The notes under the pieces: model-generated
The model's input: only the letters and a program-made list of their open reading frames with translations
What the model was told of the DNA's origin: nothing
Database searches by the model: none
Program-made: the position numbers and the translations under genes
Shown here: positions 38,570 through 50,707 of the stretch, in pieces
How the letters are laid out: every line of letters begins with the position of its first letter
Position numbering within the stretch: position 1 is the first letter of the stretch
Source: Eledone cirrhosa
Lineage: Eukaryota
Length of the DNA: 64,000 nucleotides
Assembly (NCBI GenBank): GCA_964016885.1
Contig: OZ024743.1
Span: 66,774,001 to 66,838,000 of the forward strand
Direction of reading: 5' to 3'

Positions 38570-38987
38570 CACAATATTACAACATTTGTCCTTTTTAATC
38601 AGAGGAAGTGAGAAAGATATATACTGGAAGAATCGACCCAAGTAATTGACTGGTGCTTTTTTTTCGACCTCGAATGGGGAAAAGGCAAAGTTGATCACGG
38701 CGGGTTTGAACGTAGAGAGCAAAGAGTCTAACGATTTCCGTAGATCATTCTAGTCGACATTCTAACGACTCTGCCAATTCACCGCCTTCGTAATAGTTGT
38801 TTCTACTTTTGGCACAAGGCCAGCAATTATCCCAGTGCACTACTGGTACTTCATTCTATCGACCCCGTAAGGATGAAAGGCAAAGTTAACCTCGGCGGGA
38901 TTTGAACTCAGACCGAAAAGGGGCGTAACTCTATGCTAAAAAGCATGGCGTCCGACGCTCTACTGATACTGCCAATCCACCGCCTTC
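38570..38987 (-). mobile_element. Two tandem family A SINEs
   Basis: Older copy 38570-38790 and younger copy 38790-38987. Confidence 0.75.
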
Positions 38988-39107
38988 GTAATAATACATA
39001 TACGACCCAATATCTATAATCCAGCGTGAATCATTTTAACTAACAACAACTAACTTGGAAATAGAACTAACCAATGTCCTTACGATAGGAGCTGAATGTC
39101 CTAAATA

Positions 39108-39636
39108 CTAGGTTGAGGAAAAGGTTTGTGCGCCGTGTTAAAATAATGATTTTTTATGCAGGAATTTATTCAAAAACAACAACAACCATTCTTCAAAATA
39201 AAGACCATCATTGTCCACGACCTTCTGCCAACGACCTGAGAGCTTTTGGATTTGGTCAAGGTACCAATCCTTTGGCTTTGAATCGAAAAATTCTTGACAG
39301 GCTTCTCAACTTCATCGAATCACTCAAATCGGCGACTTTTGATAAAGTGCTGCATTGATCGGAAGATACCGTAGTCAGATGGAGCAAAATCTGGACTATA
39401 GGCTGGATTGCGGCTGAACTTCCACACCGTCCAATTCTTTAATCTTGTTGCTGGTCTTTCTGGCGGTATGCGGCTTTGCATTGTCTTGTTGAAAACAAGC
39501 GCGTTTTCGACGAAAAAGACTTGGGTTCTTTTCAGCCAGCGCATCGTAGACTCGATCATGCTGCTCGCAGTAAAGTTCAGCGTTGATGGCGAGACCATTA
39601 TTTTAACACGGCGCACGCGCTTTTTCCTCAACCTAA
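39108..39636 (-). mobile_element. Internally deleted mariner element
   Basis: ~40-bp TIRs (TA)YTAGGTTGAGGAAAA..GTGCGCCGTGTTAAAATAATG; internal QQDNAKPH and PAYSPDFAPSDYGIFRSMQHF. Confidence 0.88.
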
Positions 39637-39871
39637 TAGTATCCAAATGTAGTAAAGTTATAGCGACTAGAAGAATATGATTGCTTACACATTAATCAAA
39701 ACAGATAAGAAGTACAATCACTGGATGATAGAGCTACCAGTCACAAATCAATGCTTGTACCGAAACAGTACGAAAAGCATTCAATTAATGACTAATCTAT
39801 TGGAAACTTAATCGAAAATAGTTCATGTTGCAAAAAGAGTTAATTGAAACACATATATCAATCTACCTCTC

Positions 39872-39911
<40 letters not shown>

Positions 39912-40242
39912 AGTATAAACACATACCCACATACACACATATACGTATATGACATGTTACGCGGACTTTTGTTGTAAACGTACTGAAGTCAAATTTGTGT
40001 CTGGCTTTATGAAATTCATTGGTGACTAATGAGGCCAGCACTGGGAAGACTATAATCACCGATATTGTATATATATACCGGTTTAACAATGATACAATCT
40101 GAAAGTCTCTGGTGAGACTATACAATTTCATCCTGGTTGAAGTATTCAAGACAAATTCGTATACACTATTGTAATCATGTTTTTAACAAACTTCTCCATA
40201 TACAATGCTATAGTTAAGGTTTGATCGCATAAAAATATACAT

Positions 40243-40282
<40 letters not shown>

Positions 40283-40286
<4 letters not shown>

Positions 40287-40461
40287 CAAAGGAATTGTGG
40301 TAAGGAACCAGATGGACCATAACGTACCAGAGTACTGAATACTTAGGGTAGTAGATTGGGAAATAGGAAAAAGTATGACCCGACGACAGAGCTCAAGCCG
40401 TTTCAAGTCCAGAAATAGCCGTCGAAACGGCTTGAGCTCTGCCGTCGGGGTCATACTTTTT

Positions 40462-40466
<5 letters not shown>
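40283..40466. mobile_element. Short element with inverted hammerhead 3' half (shared with 46890-47060)
   Basis: IR 40363-40404 / 40424-40466 containing GAAA-CGGC..GCCG-UC; 40285-40375 is the reverse complement of 46985-47060. Confidence 0.65.
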
Positions 40467-40519
<53 letters not shown>

Positions 40520-40769
40520 TGTATATATGTATATGTTTATGTATATATATATATATATATACATACATATAAATCATATCAACCTGTTGTTTAGGCACAA
40601 AGAATGACTGAGCTATATATATATACATATATCACATTAATAGCCAACAAGTCGATATTATTTCACCCCTCCCCCTGTTACCAACAATACATACTTCCAT
40701 GTATTTCTCCCCATTTCATGGTCTACGCACACACACACACACTCATACACATATACACACATATACGTA

Positions 40770-41130
40770 TACACACATAAAGGCACACATACGTATACAC
40801 ACATATACGTATACACACATAAACACACACGTACGTATACAAACATATACGTATACACACATATACGTATACACACATAAACACACACATACGTATACAC
40901 ACATATACGTATACACACATAAACGCACACGTACGTATACACACATATACGTATACACACATAAACACACACGTACGTATACAAACATATACGTATACAC
41001 ACATAAACACACACATACGTATACACACATATACGTATACACACATAAACACACACGTACGTATACACACATATACGTATACACACATAAACACACACGT
41101 ACGTATACACACATATACGTACACACATAT
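40770..41130. repeat. 42-bp minisatellite built from CA/TACG units
   Basis: Unit ACACACATATACGTATACACACATAAACACACACGTACGTAT, ~8 copies (14-aa periodicity in ORF track). Confidence 0.9.
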
Positions 41131-41398
41131 ATACACACAAATAGTTCAGCTTGTGTTCTGAGAATTCCCATGCTTTCATATGTTGTACTTAGTTCCGTGA
41201 GTACTGCTGCACTACAACTATGTAAGGTCGACCTGATTTAGGTAGAGACGGATAAACAGATAGTTGCGTGTAATGAGACAAAAAAACAGAGAGAGAGCGT
41301 GTGTGTTTGAAAAAACGAGAGAGAGGGAGAGAGAGAAGGTGAGAGAGAGTGAGATTAAGCGAGAGAGAGAGAGAGTGAGAGAGGGTGAGAGAGAGGGT

Positions 41399-41449
<51 letters not shown>

Positions 41450-41500
41450 GGGGAGGAGAGAGAGTAATAAACTGAGAGCGAGGCAATGCATAAGATAGAT

Positions 41501-41538
<38 letters not shown>

Positions 41539-41941
41539 ATGTATATAGTGATTGAATGAGAGTGACATAGAGAAAATAAGTCAAATTGATAAACATAGAG
41601 AAAAAGGAGGAAAGAGGTAGTGTGAGTGGCTGCGTGTGTGACAGTATAATAGTGTGTATGAGTGTATGTAGGTGCTGTTGTAAGCCTGTATGTACCAGTA
41701 GCATACATTTTGTCAGTCAAATCCCAATCATGTCGCCATGACCTTCGGCCAATTGACAGATAGTTAGACATGAACACACATACACACACATATATATATA
41801 CACACACACGGATGCACGCGTACACACGCACTCATATACACACGCACTCTTATATATAAACACACATGCATATATGTGTAAAAAGTGCTTTGTTTCATTT
41901 ATTAACTATATATACTGTATATATATATTAATATATGTATA

Positions 41942-41990
<49 letters not shown>

Positions 41991-41995
41991 TATAT

Positions 41996-42171
<176 letters not shown>

Positions 42172-42197
42172 GTATATATATACATATATATATATAT

Positions 42198-42994
42198 GAG
42201 TTTTTCATCCTCAGTGTATACAGGCTGCTCTTACCGTAAGCCTGAAGCTTGCCCCCTTCAACAGCAATGCAACACACCAGCTGTAATCTATGAAGCTGTG
42301 GTCACTTCCAACCGACCAAACGAACCACAGGAGGTCAAATCCTATGTGGGCATGGAGGGGGGCCGATTCAAGGAGCATTTCCTGAACCACCAGTCTACCT
42401 TCAGATACCCGGACAGACGTTCATCCACGAAAATGGCGAGCCACGTATGGTCCCTCAAGGACTCAAGTATAGGATACTCCATTCAATGGAAAGCCATCAC
42501 TAAGTCCAAACCATACGCAAGGGGAAATCCGACGTGTGGCTTATGTATTGACGAACGAATAACTATTCTAAAGAGAGTACGCAATAGTGATTGCCTAAAC
42601 ACGAGAAGTGAATTTTTCACACGTTGTCCACACGTCACCAAACATCTATTGCATAACTACAAAGCTCCGGACTGATTCTTTGTAATTCTATTTTTAATTT
42701 TATTTTAATTTTATTTTCAACCTAAAAACTTTCCGGACTTTCGCAGTTGTGTACCTTACACCTCTCGCACGCAGTCTAGTATTGCCTGTGTGAAGTGACC
42801 GAGTTTCTGCGCATGCGCGTTCGTACGGTTGTCCTTCCTGTTCCTATAACCATGCACGTCCCGAGCTGAAAATCCGCTAAGGTGAAACAATTGTTCTCGG
42901 TATGGTGATCTAACTGTTGTGTAACCACTTCTACCTAACTCGTCCCTTGGACTGAGTGCTATACTACTACGGATATTACCTTCCATTGTTCCAC

Positions 42995-43045
<51 letters not shown>

Positions 43046-43072
43046 TCAGTATACACTGAGGATGAAAAACTC
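42198..43072 (+). mobile_element. Penelope-like element 3' fragment: GIY-YIG endonuclease (42222-42675) + 3' region with hammerhead
   Basis: [53 protein letters not shown], with the Cys/His C-terminal extension typical of Naiad-type PLEs; 24-bp terminal inverted repeat. Confidence 0.85.
42861..42900 (+). ncRNA. Minimal type I hammerhead in PLE 3' region (degenerate core)
   Basis: CCGAG-CUGAAAA-uCC gcuaa GGu-GAAA-CAAUUG-UU-CUCGG: 5-bp stem I, palindromic stem III, G8 mutated. Confidence 0.7.
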
Positions 43073-43074
43073 AG

Positions 43075-43352
43075 AGCTGTATGGGAGCCTCCCAAATGTC
43101 AGCTCAAAAGTAACAGAGGAGACTGAGGTTAGCTGGACATACTCACCGACATCTAGAGTTGACATTTCACTCAGTTCTCCTGTGAGAGCCCCTACATGGA
43201 CACACTGGAAGAGGAAGATCAAGGTTAAAGTATGTTGATGTCCTAAGGACAGACACTGGTCTGTTGGAGACACAGGACATGGCAGCGATAATGAGGGACA
43301 GAGACCGCTGGAGAGAACTCGTCCATGGATCTCGGGTATTTTACCCGCCCTA
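43075..43352 (+). mobile_element. RTE-type LINE 3' fragment
   Basis: ELYG.LP..RLRLAGH..EPLHG..GRGRSRLKYVDVLRTDTGL..MRDRDRWRELV; same family as 7900-8100. Confidence 0.8.
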
Positions 43353-43521
43353 GAATATATATATATATATATACATATGCGTGTGTGTGTGTTTGTGTAT
43401 AAATATACATACATATATATATTTATACATACACATATACATTAATATACATACATATTTACACACACACACATACACACACACACATATATATACATAT
43501 ATATATGTACATATATATATA

Positions 43522-43886
43522 TAATAATTGTTTCTACTTTTGGCACAAGACCAGCAATTATCCAGTGCATTACTGGTACTTATTTTATCGACCCCGTAGG
43601 GATTAAAGGCAAAGTTATCTCAGAATGGCAAGGGCCGTAACTCTATGCATCAAAGCATGATGTCCGACCATCTACCGATTCTGCCAATCCACCATAATAA
43701 TATAATAATTGTTTCTACTTTAGGTACAAGGCCAGCAATTACCCAGTACATTACTGGTACTTTATTTTATCGACAACGTAAGGATGAAAGGCAAAGTTAA
43801 CCTCGGCGGGATTTGAACTCAGACTGTAAAGGAACGTAACTATGATAGAAAGCATGGCGTCCAACCCTCTATCGATACTGCCAATG
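43522..43886 (-). mobile_element. Two tandem family A SINEs
   Basis: 43522-43695 and 43703-43886. Confidence 0.85.
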
Positions 43887-44044
43887 ATTTCATTACGTTT
43901 AGTGTGTAGTGATGCGCGTTTCGCTATTTGTCTACTCAAGGTTCGATCTGTATCAATCTAGCCCGACTCTGGAATCAAAAGCACCTCAGAGTTCTACTGT
44001 GGTAATGGCAGAATTCTGCCATTCCCACATCAGATCGAACCTTG

Positions 44045-44216
44045 AGTTTATCCCGGGTTCAATCGCGGATACCCACAGTAGTTAAGGTACTCAATACATA
44101 GCAGAGTATAAATATTTAATATAGAAAGGCTTCTTCAGGACTTCATTCGGTAGAAATCATCAGGCTTCCTGGTGATTTCTACCGAATGAAACAGTTCTAG
44201 TCCTGTAGAAGCCTTT

Positions 44217-44217
<1 letters not shown>
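44045..44217. mobile_element. Hammerhead mini-element copy 1 (inverted duplication; plus-strand core CUGGUGA)
   Basis: ~80-nt arm AGTTTATCCCGGGTTCAATCG..GTATAAATATTTAAT plus palindrome 44124-44217. Confidence 0.8.
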
Positions 44218-44276
<59 letters not shown>

Positions 44277-44752
44277 GATAACAAAATATCGTTATAGGTA
44301 ATCAAGTTAGAGGTTATGAATACTTATTATTATGGATAGTTTTAGGGTACGGCGTTGTTTGACTCAACAAGAGGTTTACGTAGATGGCGAGTTTATGATT
44401 TCACTTGTATTCCTATGTAAGTTTATCTTGGAGTAATAAAATTGAAAAAGCGAAGAATAACATGGTGAACTGTACAAAATAGTGGAATTTATTTACAGTC
44501 TAACAATTGTTTCTCTGATTAAGTTGTCTAAAAATTGCTGAACACTAGAAGCAGTGCCGCTCAATTTTAAATACGATGTTAACTCAATCAGAACAGTCTC
44601 TGGAAAAAGATGAGTATTGACGTACGTCAATACTCATCTTTTTCAATTTACCTGAGGGGTCTAAACCCCACTATCAGGCTAAAATTTCTTTAGTCAAAAA
44701 TACGATGAAAGCTTCTATTTCTAATTTCAAACTTGCTCACTGTTTCAAAACA

Positions 44753-44869
<117 letters not shown>

Positions 44870-44908
44870 TCAAAATATTAACAAAATAGATATTCTTGTG
44901 ATCAAGTA

Positions 44909-44975
44909 TATTTTATTATACATATTTCAGAGGTACTGAGTTAACTTCAACGCTACATCCTCATCAGATAAAATA
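44909..44975 (-). ncRNA. Type I hammerhead motif (intact core)
   Basis: UAUUUUAU-CUGAUGA-GGA..UCU-GAAA-UAUGUA-UA-AUAAAAUA; 3' half and tail repeated inverted at ~45040-45102. Confidence 0.75.
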
Positions 44976-45197
44976 AGATGATGCATGACATACCCTGACA
45001 TAGTAGATGGTTAAGATTCAGTCCTGGTAAGATTCAGTCCGAAATATGTATAATAAAATATACTTGATCACATGAATATCTATTTTGTTAATATTTTGAA
45101 TTAATATTAATAACTCCGGAAAACCATACTTGTTGAGTGCTTCCAATCTATTGTAAAAATCATTCTTTGATTTATTCATTGAACCTTGTTTAACCTT

Positions 45198-45310
<113 letters not shown>

Positions 45311-45640
45311 CTAGTTGTAGTAGGTGAAAATCCAAAATTTTAGAACAACTCAAGTATGTGAACGAGTTATGACATGCCTAATCAATTTACACTACAATAT
45401 CCAAATAACACGTAGGTAATATGACACACGTTTCAATGACTGATATATATATATATATATATATATGTATTTATATAAGTATGTGTGCATGGGTGTGTGT
45501 GTGTGTGTGGTGTGTGTGTGCGCGCGTGTGTGTGTTTTATGTGTGTGTGTTTGTTTGTGTGTGTACGTGTGTGTGCTGCGTGTATGTGTAAGCTCGGTGT
45601 ATAATAAAAGTTTAGATGTGTCTTTGCACATATACGCTCG

Positions 45641-45716
45641 AATTTCTGACGAGATATCGAAAAATAGTCGGGTACTGTCACCTGCGCTGATCGATATCGA
45701 AACAATTGTAATATGC
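45641..45716 (+). ncRNA. Hammerhead motif, intact core, stem I disrupted
   Basis: CUGACGA-GAUAUCGA..UCGAUAUC-GAAA-CAAUUG-UA: perfect 8-bp stem II. Confidence 0.7.
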
Positions 45717-45774
45717 AAATACAGTTTCTACATATGCTGCAACAGTAACTTCAACGCTTTTAAATATATATATA

Positions 45775-45863
45775 AGTTTATCCCGGGTTCAATCGGAAGT
45801 AACCACAGTAAGTAAGGTGCTCAATACAAAGCAGAGTATAAATATTTAATGTATATATATATA

Positions 45864-45923
<60 letters not shown>

Positions 45924-46045
45924 TGTAGAAAGGCTTCTACAGGACTAGAACTGTTTCATTCCGGAGAAATCATCAGGGTTTCCTGATGATTTCTCCGGAA
46001 TGAAACAGTTCTAGTACTGTAGAAGCCTTTCTACAATATGTATAT
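45775..46045. mobile_element. Hammerhead mini-element copy 2; intact plus-strand hammerhead 45976-46028 within a near-perfect palindrome
   Basis: GGGUUUC-CUGAUGA-uUUC uccg GAAu-GAAA-CAG uucuagua CUG-UA-GAAGCCU; same ~75-nt arm at 45775-45850. Confidence 0.85.
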
Positions 46046-46089
46046 ATATATATATATATATATAATAATTGTCTAGGATACTAATTTGT

Positions 46090-46165
46090 ACCCACTGATG
46101 AGCAAGAATTGGTATTTCTATTCACAATTAATTAGTATTGAGAAACAGCACCAAGCTGTCTGTGT
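46090..46165 (+). ncRNA. Hammerhead motif, slightly degenerate stems
   Basis: ACCCA-CUGAUGA-GCAA..UUGA-GAAA-CAGC accaa GCUG-UC-UGUGU. Confidence 0.65.
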
Positions 46166-46425
46166 GATTGGTAGTAACCACAATTCCGGTTTGTATTTAT
46201 TTTTTGATTTTTTTCTTAAATTGAGACAGGTAAACCCTATTGTCTACAGTTAGTATTCTTTTCACTTTAGCGAATCTGGTCCCTTGCCATTTGAACATAT
46301 ATATGTATATATCTGTGTTAGTTTTTCTTTTATATCAATTATAATATACGGCTCGGAAAAATCTCTTTCTTAGAGCTATTTTATTGTAAGAGACTATTTT
46401 GAGTTCCTAACTCAATATCTACCTT

Positions 46426-46488
<63 letters not shown>

Positions 46489-46651
46489 CATGTGTGTATG
46501 TGTGTATATATATCGCAATTTTACAAACGAATCTTCCTTTATGGTTTTTCTGGTAAAGCAGAGCATGCCAATAATCTGAGATTATCCTAGATCTATGAAG
46601 CAATTTAAAGCAAAGAACATGTTTTCATGTTTTCTTATCAGATCTCCTCAG

Positions 46652-46716
<65 letters not shown>

Positions 46717-46723
46717 CATTACA

Positions 46724-46830
46724 AGGGGTCTGACGAGCCGCGGTTTACAGAGTCAGGTCAGATCGAGACAGATCGAACCATGAGCTGGTCAGTGGCGAAA
46801 CGCGCGTCAACAACCAATAAACGTAATGAA
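46724..46830 (+). ncRNA. Hammerhead motif with long stem II insert
   Basis: CUGACGA-GCCGC..GUGGC-GAAA-CGCGCG-UC; related sequence in reverse at 43888-43975. Confidence 0.7.
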
Positions 46831-46889
46831 GGAGGTACCAATCATACTTGTTATCTTATTTAACTATTTATATATATGAAAAAATTCAG

Positions 46890-47060
46890 AACCCCGACGG
46901 CTGAGCTCCGGCCGTTTCGACAGCTAGGTCTGAACTCAGTTCAGACCTAGCCGTCGAAACGGCCGTAGCTAATCGTCGTGGTCCTGACTCTTTTCCTATT
47001 ACCCACTCTACTACCCTAAATATCGAGTAGTCTGGTGCGTTATGGTCTCCCTGGTTCCTT
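46890..47060 (+). mobile_element. Short element with inverted hammerhead 3' half
   Basis: Palindrome GGCCGTTTCGAC.GCTAGGTCTGAAC tca GTTCAGACCTAGC.GTCGAAACGGCC plus tail shared with 40285-40375. Confidence 0.65.
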
Positions 47061-47075
47061 AGCACACTTCCTACG

Positions 47076-47150
<75 letters not shown>

Positions 47151-47548
47151 TATATATATATATTAACACACATCATGGCTGAGGGAATAAAGTTAATGTA
47201 AAGAATGCATGAAGAGGCTTATTTTGGGTAACATCGGTAGAGCCTCGGACAACATGTTTAGTGACATAGAGTTACGGCCCTTTATGTTCTTAGTTCAAAT
47301 CCCGCCGAAGTTAACTTTGCCTTTCATCCTTACCAGGTCGATAAAATAAAGTACCAGTAACACTTTGGGGTCAATTTAATCGACTTTCCGCTGTACATAT
47401 GTGTTTATATACACCCATACTTTTATACACTTGTTTCAGCAGTAATTACCCTCATTCTGGCTTCAGAAGTAATGTATGCAATTTAAACAACTATTATTAC
47501 AGTTATCTGCATTGTGGCAACAATATTTACACTTTTCACATATCACAT

Positions 47549-47638
<90 letters not shown>

Positions 47639-47801
47639 GATTCATGTTAGGCTGTATACCAATAAGGGATCGTCTGCCACGGCTATAACACCGAAATGTT
47701 AGGTTTCCCCGAATCCAATAGGTCCTCTATTTTCTATTTTCTATTTTCTATTCTCTGTATTCGACGTAATCCTGTTGTCGTATGGAACTAATTCTGCAAT
47801 T

Positions 47802-47877
47802 AACACCTGATGAAATCGTCTAATTCCTGCATCAAGATAGGATGATAAAACTGGGCCGTCGAAATATGTATAGTGCT
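47802..47877 (+). ncRNA. Hammerhead motif, degenerate stem II
   Basis: CAC-CUGAUGA-..GGCCGUC-GAAA-UAUGUA-UA-GUG. Confidence 0.5.
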
Positions 47878-47940
47878 TTCGAGGAATTAAAATTCTAAAG
47901 TAAATTTCCAATCTGGCTTTCTATTGTTGTTTATAACAAG

Positions 47941-47982
<42 letters not shown>

Positions 47983-47992
47983 TATATATATA

Positions 47993-48134
47993 AGTTTATC
48001 CCGGGTTCAATCGGAGGTAACCACAGTAAGTAAGATACTCTATACAAAGCAGGGTATAAATATTTAATATAGAAACGCTTCTACAGGACTAGAACTGTTT
48101 CATTCGGTAGAAATCATCAGGAAGCAGCTGCTTC
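47993..48134 (-). mobile_element. Hammerhead mini-element copy 3; intact hammerhead 48076-48126
   Basis: UGCUUC-CUGAUGA-uUUC uacc GAAu-GAAA-CAG uucuaguc CUG-UA-GAAGCG followed by the same ~80-nt arm. Confidence 0.85.
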
Positions 48135-48419
48135 ATTGGGACTAAACCTAATATCAATTGTTGCAAAGTGAACTTGTTAACTACACAGCCATCCATCCAT
48201 GAAATCCTTACAATGATATATCTTCTTCTTCTTCTCATCATCGTCGTCGTCGTCTTTGCCATCATCATCATTATCCTCCTCCTCCTCCTCCTCCTCATCA
48301 TCATAATCATTATCCTCCTCCCCTCCTCCCCCTCCTCCTCCTCCTCCTCATCATCATAATCATTATCCTCCTCCCCTCCTCCCCCTCCTCCTCCTCCTCC
48401 TCATCATCATCATCATCAT

Positions 48420-48830
48420 CGGTGAATTGGCAGTATCGATAGAGGGTCAGACACCATGCTTTGCAGCAAAGAGTTACGTCCCTTTACGGTCTGAGTTCAA
48501 ATCCTGCCGAGGTTAACTTTGCCTTTCATCCTTACGGGGTCGATAAAATAAAGTACCAGTAATACACTGGGTATTTGCTGGCCTTGTGCCAAAAGTAGAA
48601 ACAATTATTATCTTTAGAGCGGTGGATTGGCAGAATCTTTAGAACGTCAGACTGAATGCTTTGCAGAATGTTTTCCAGCTTTTTCCTTTCAGAGATCAAA
48701 TCCCGCCAAGGTTGACAGTCTTTTATTCTTCCGGGTTAACAAAATAATTTACCAGTCAAATGCTTGGATCAATTTACTCAACTTTCATCTATCCCCTCTA
48801 AAAATTACTGGCGTTGATCATTCATTAAAA
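48420..48830 (+). mobile_element. Two tandem family A SINEs
   Basis: 48420-48610 young copy; 48618-48830 diverged copy. Confidence 0.8.
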
Positions 48831-49189
48831 AAAAACAAAAAACATCATTGAATTGAAACGAAATGTGCAGCTCACACGGTGTGAGCTGCAAATATCGGTT
48901 TGAATCACGCCGATATAAGTTTAGCTGGCCTCTTAAATAGTTTCTCTGGTATTTCCATGATAGTGGCCTCAGTTCTGTTCCGAAAAGCAGCCACTTTAGG
49001 AATCGAATCCATGTTCTTAGGTTCTTAACACCTTAACCACTGGACCACTGGACCAAGAAAAACGAAATCTATATTATTATCTTAATAAATATACAGAAAG
49101 CAGCTTTGGAAAGGACCATAAATGCCATAAATGAAAGGAAAAGGAGGGGAAGTGCAAAGACAAAGGAGGAGAGACAGGGAGAAAGGGAA

Positions 49190-50310
49190 AGGGTGATAGA
49201 TTCTACGCCTAAGTTAGAGCGGTGTTCCGGCTGCGCTCCGCGGACAAAATGACAAAGCGACACATGCTGCCACATCCACCCCACCTCGGGAAATGTCTGT
49301 TTGTTTGTTACCTATAGACATCTATACAATTTTCCTAACAATTTCGCAGTGACGACCATTACACATTTCATAATGTGTGTGTGCATACCTCATAACTTTG
49401 GAAACTCATAAAATTGGAAAATTCGCAATTTCAAATAAAAAAAACAAACATTATCATTGAATAATCAAATATATTATAAAAAAGATAACTATATTTCATA
49501 TGAATTCCTTTATAAGAGTGGACGTATAGAATAATAATTGTTTCTGATTTAGGCACAAGGCCAGCAATTTTTGGGAAGAGGAAATTCGATTAAATCGTCC
49601 CAAGTGCGTGACAGGTACTTTATTTTATCGAAAAGCAAAGCTAACCTCGGTGAGATTTAAACTCAGAACGTAAAGGACCATAACTCTAAGCTACACGGTA
49701 TGGTGTCCGACGCTCTACCGATTCTGCCAATCCACTGTTCTTGGAAGTATAATAAGAAAATGAATAACTTAATTTTCCAGCCTACATTTTATCATTTTAA
49801 CTACAAAATACTTCAGCAATGTTTGATAGAGTCACTGCCTCCAACTCTCCCGCTCTCCCCAATGAGCAAATGGGGACCCACGCGCTGGCCGCTTCGCAGC
49901 CCCGGCGGGCAGAATAGAGAAGGTGTGCCGATGGTGGTAAATAGGGAGGTGATTCTAGGGCCATGGACACCAACATGGAAGTGGGAGCGGTATAAATATA
50001 TAGTAGGGTCAATATTTTAAGGAAGGCCCTAAACATTTTAGAGACATGAATATATACATTTGTGGATGTTACAAAAAGAAAAATAGAGAAATTTTGTTTA
50101 TCTAAATTAATTAAGAATTTATTTTTAAAACAATTCTAAAATAGTTAATTAAATGTTTTCTACAATACTTTAATCTTTTTTTTATTGCATTTTCATTTGA
50201 ATTATTGAAAGACATTTATGTATGGGAGCGCAGCGAACTGTTGAAACTCTCTGTGGGGTTAAACCCCACAGAGAGAGCAAAGAAAGCGAAGTGAGTATAT
50301 CAGCTAGATA
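49190..50310 (+). mobile_element. Possible non-autonomous Helitron/Helentron-like element with nested SINE A (49532-49735, -)
   Basis: GTCTGTTTGTTTGTT core; hairpin CTCTCTGTGGGGTT-AAACCCCACAGAGAG; ends GCGAAG..CAGCTAG. Confidence 0.35.
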
Positions 50311-50707
50311 TTAAAATATATAGTTAACTACAAAAGAAAGAAAAAAAATTGTTTATGGAGAAAATATATATTACATTATTCCGGTGCAGTGAAGGAAGGC
50401 TTTCAACAAATAAAGAAAAAAGAAGTGAAAGTGACTGGGTTTATGATATTATCAGTACATATGCACTGAGTATAAACAATGTTAATTGACAGACACCATC
50501 ACCACTACCTCCTTTCAAATATAACGTCGCTGTCAACCATCACCACAACATACCTACTATCCTTCACCTATAAAGCTGCCATCACTACCACCACCACCAA
50601 CACCACTTCCACCACCACTACCACTGCCCCACTACTGTCATATGGAAATTATAGTGGGAGGAGCTGAAAGAAAAGGAAATATTATCATCTGAAATCACTT
50701 TTATTAT

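Noticed and set aside
46608-46655. CUGAGGA..GAAA-ACAUGU-UC on minus strand; CUGACGA-GGAAUC-GAAA at ~60225
   Set aside because: Core words present but stems unsupported; may be decayed relics, not counted
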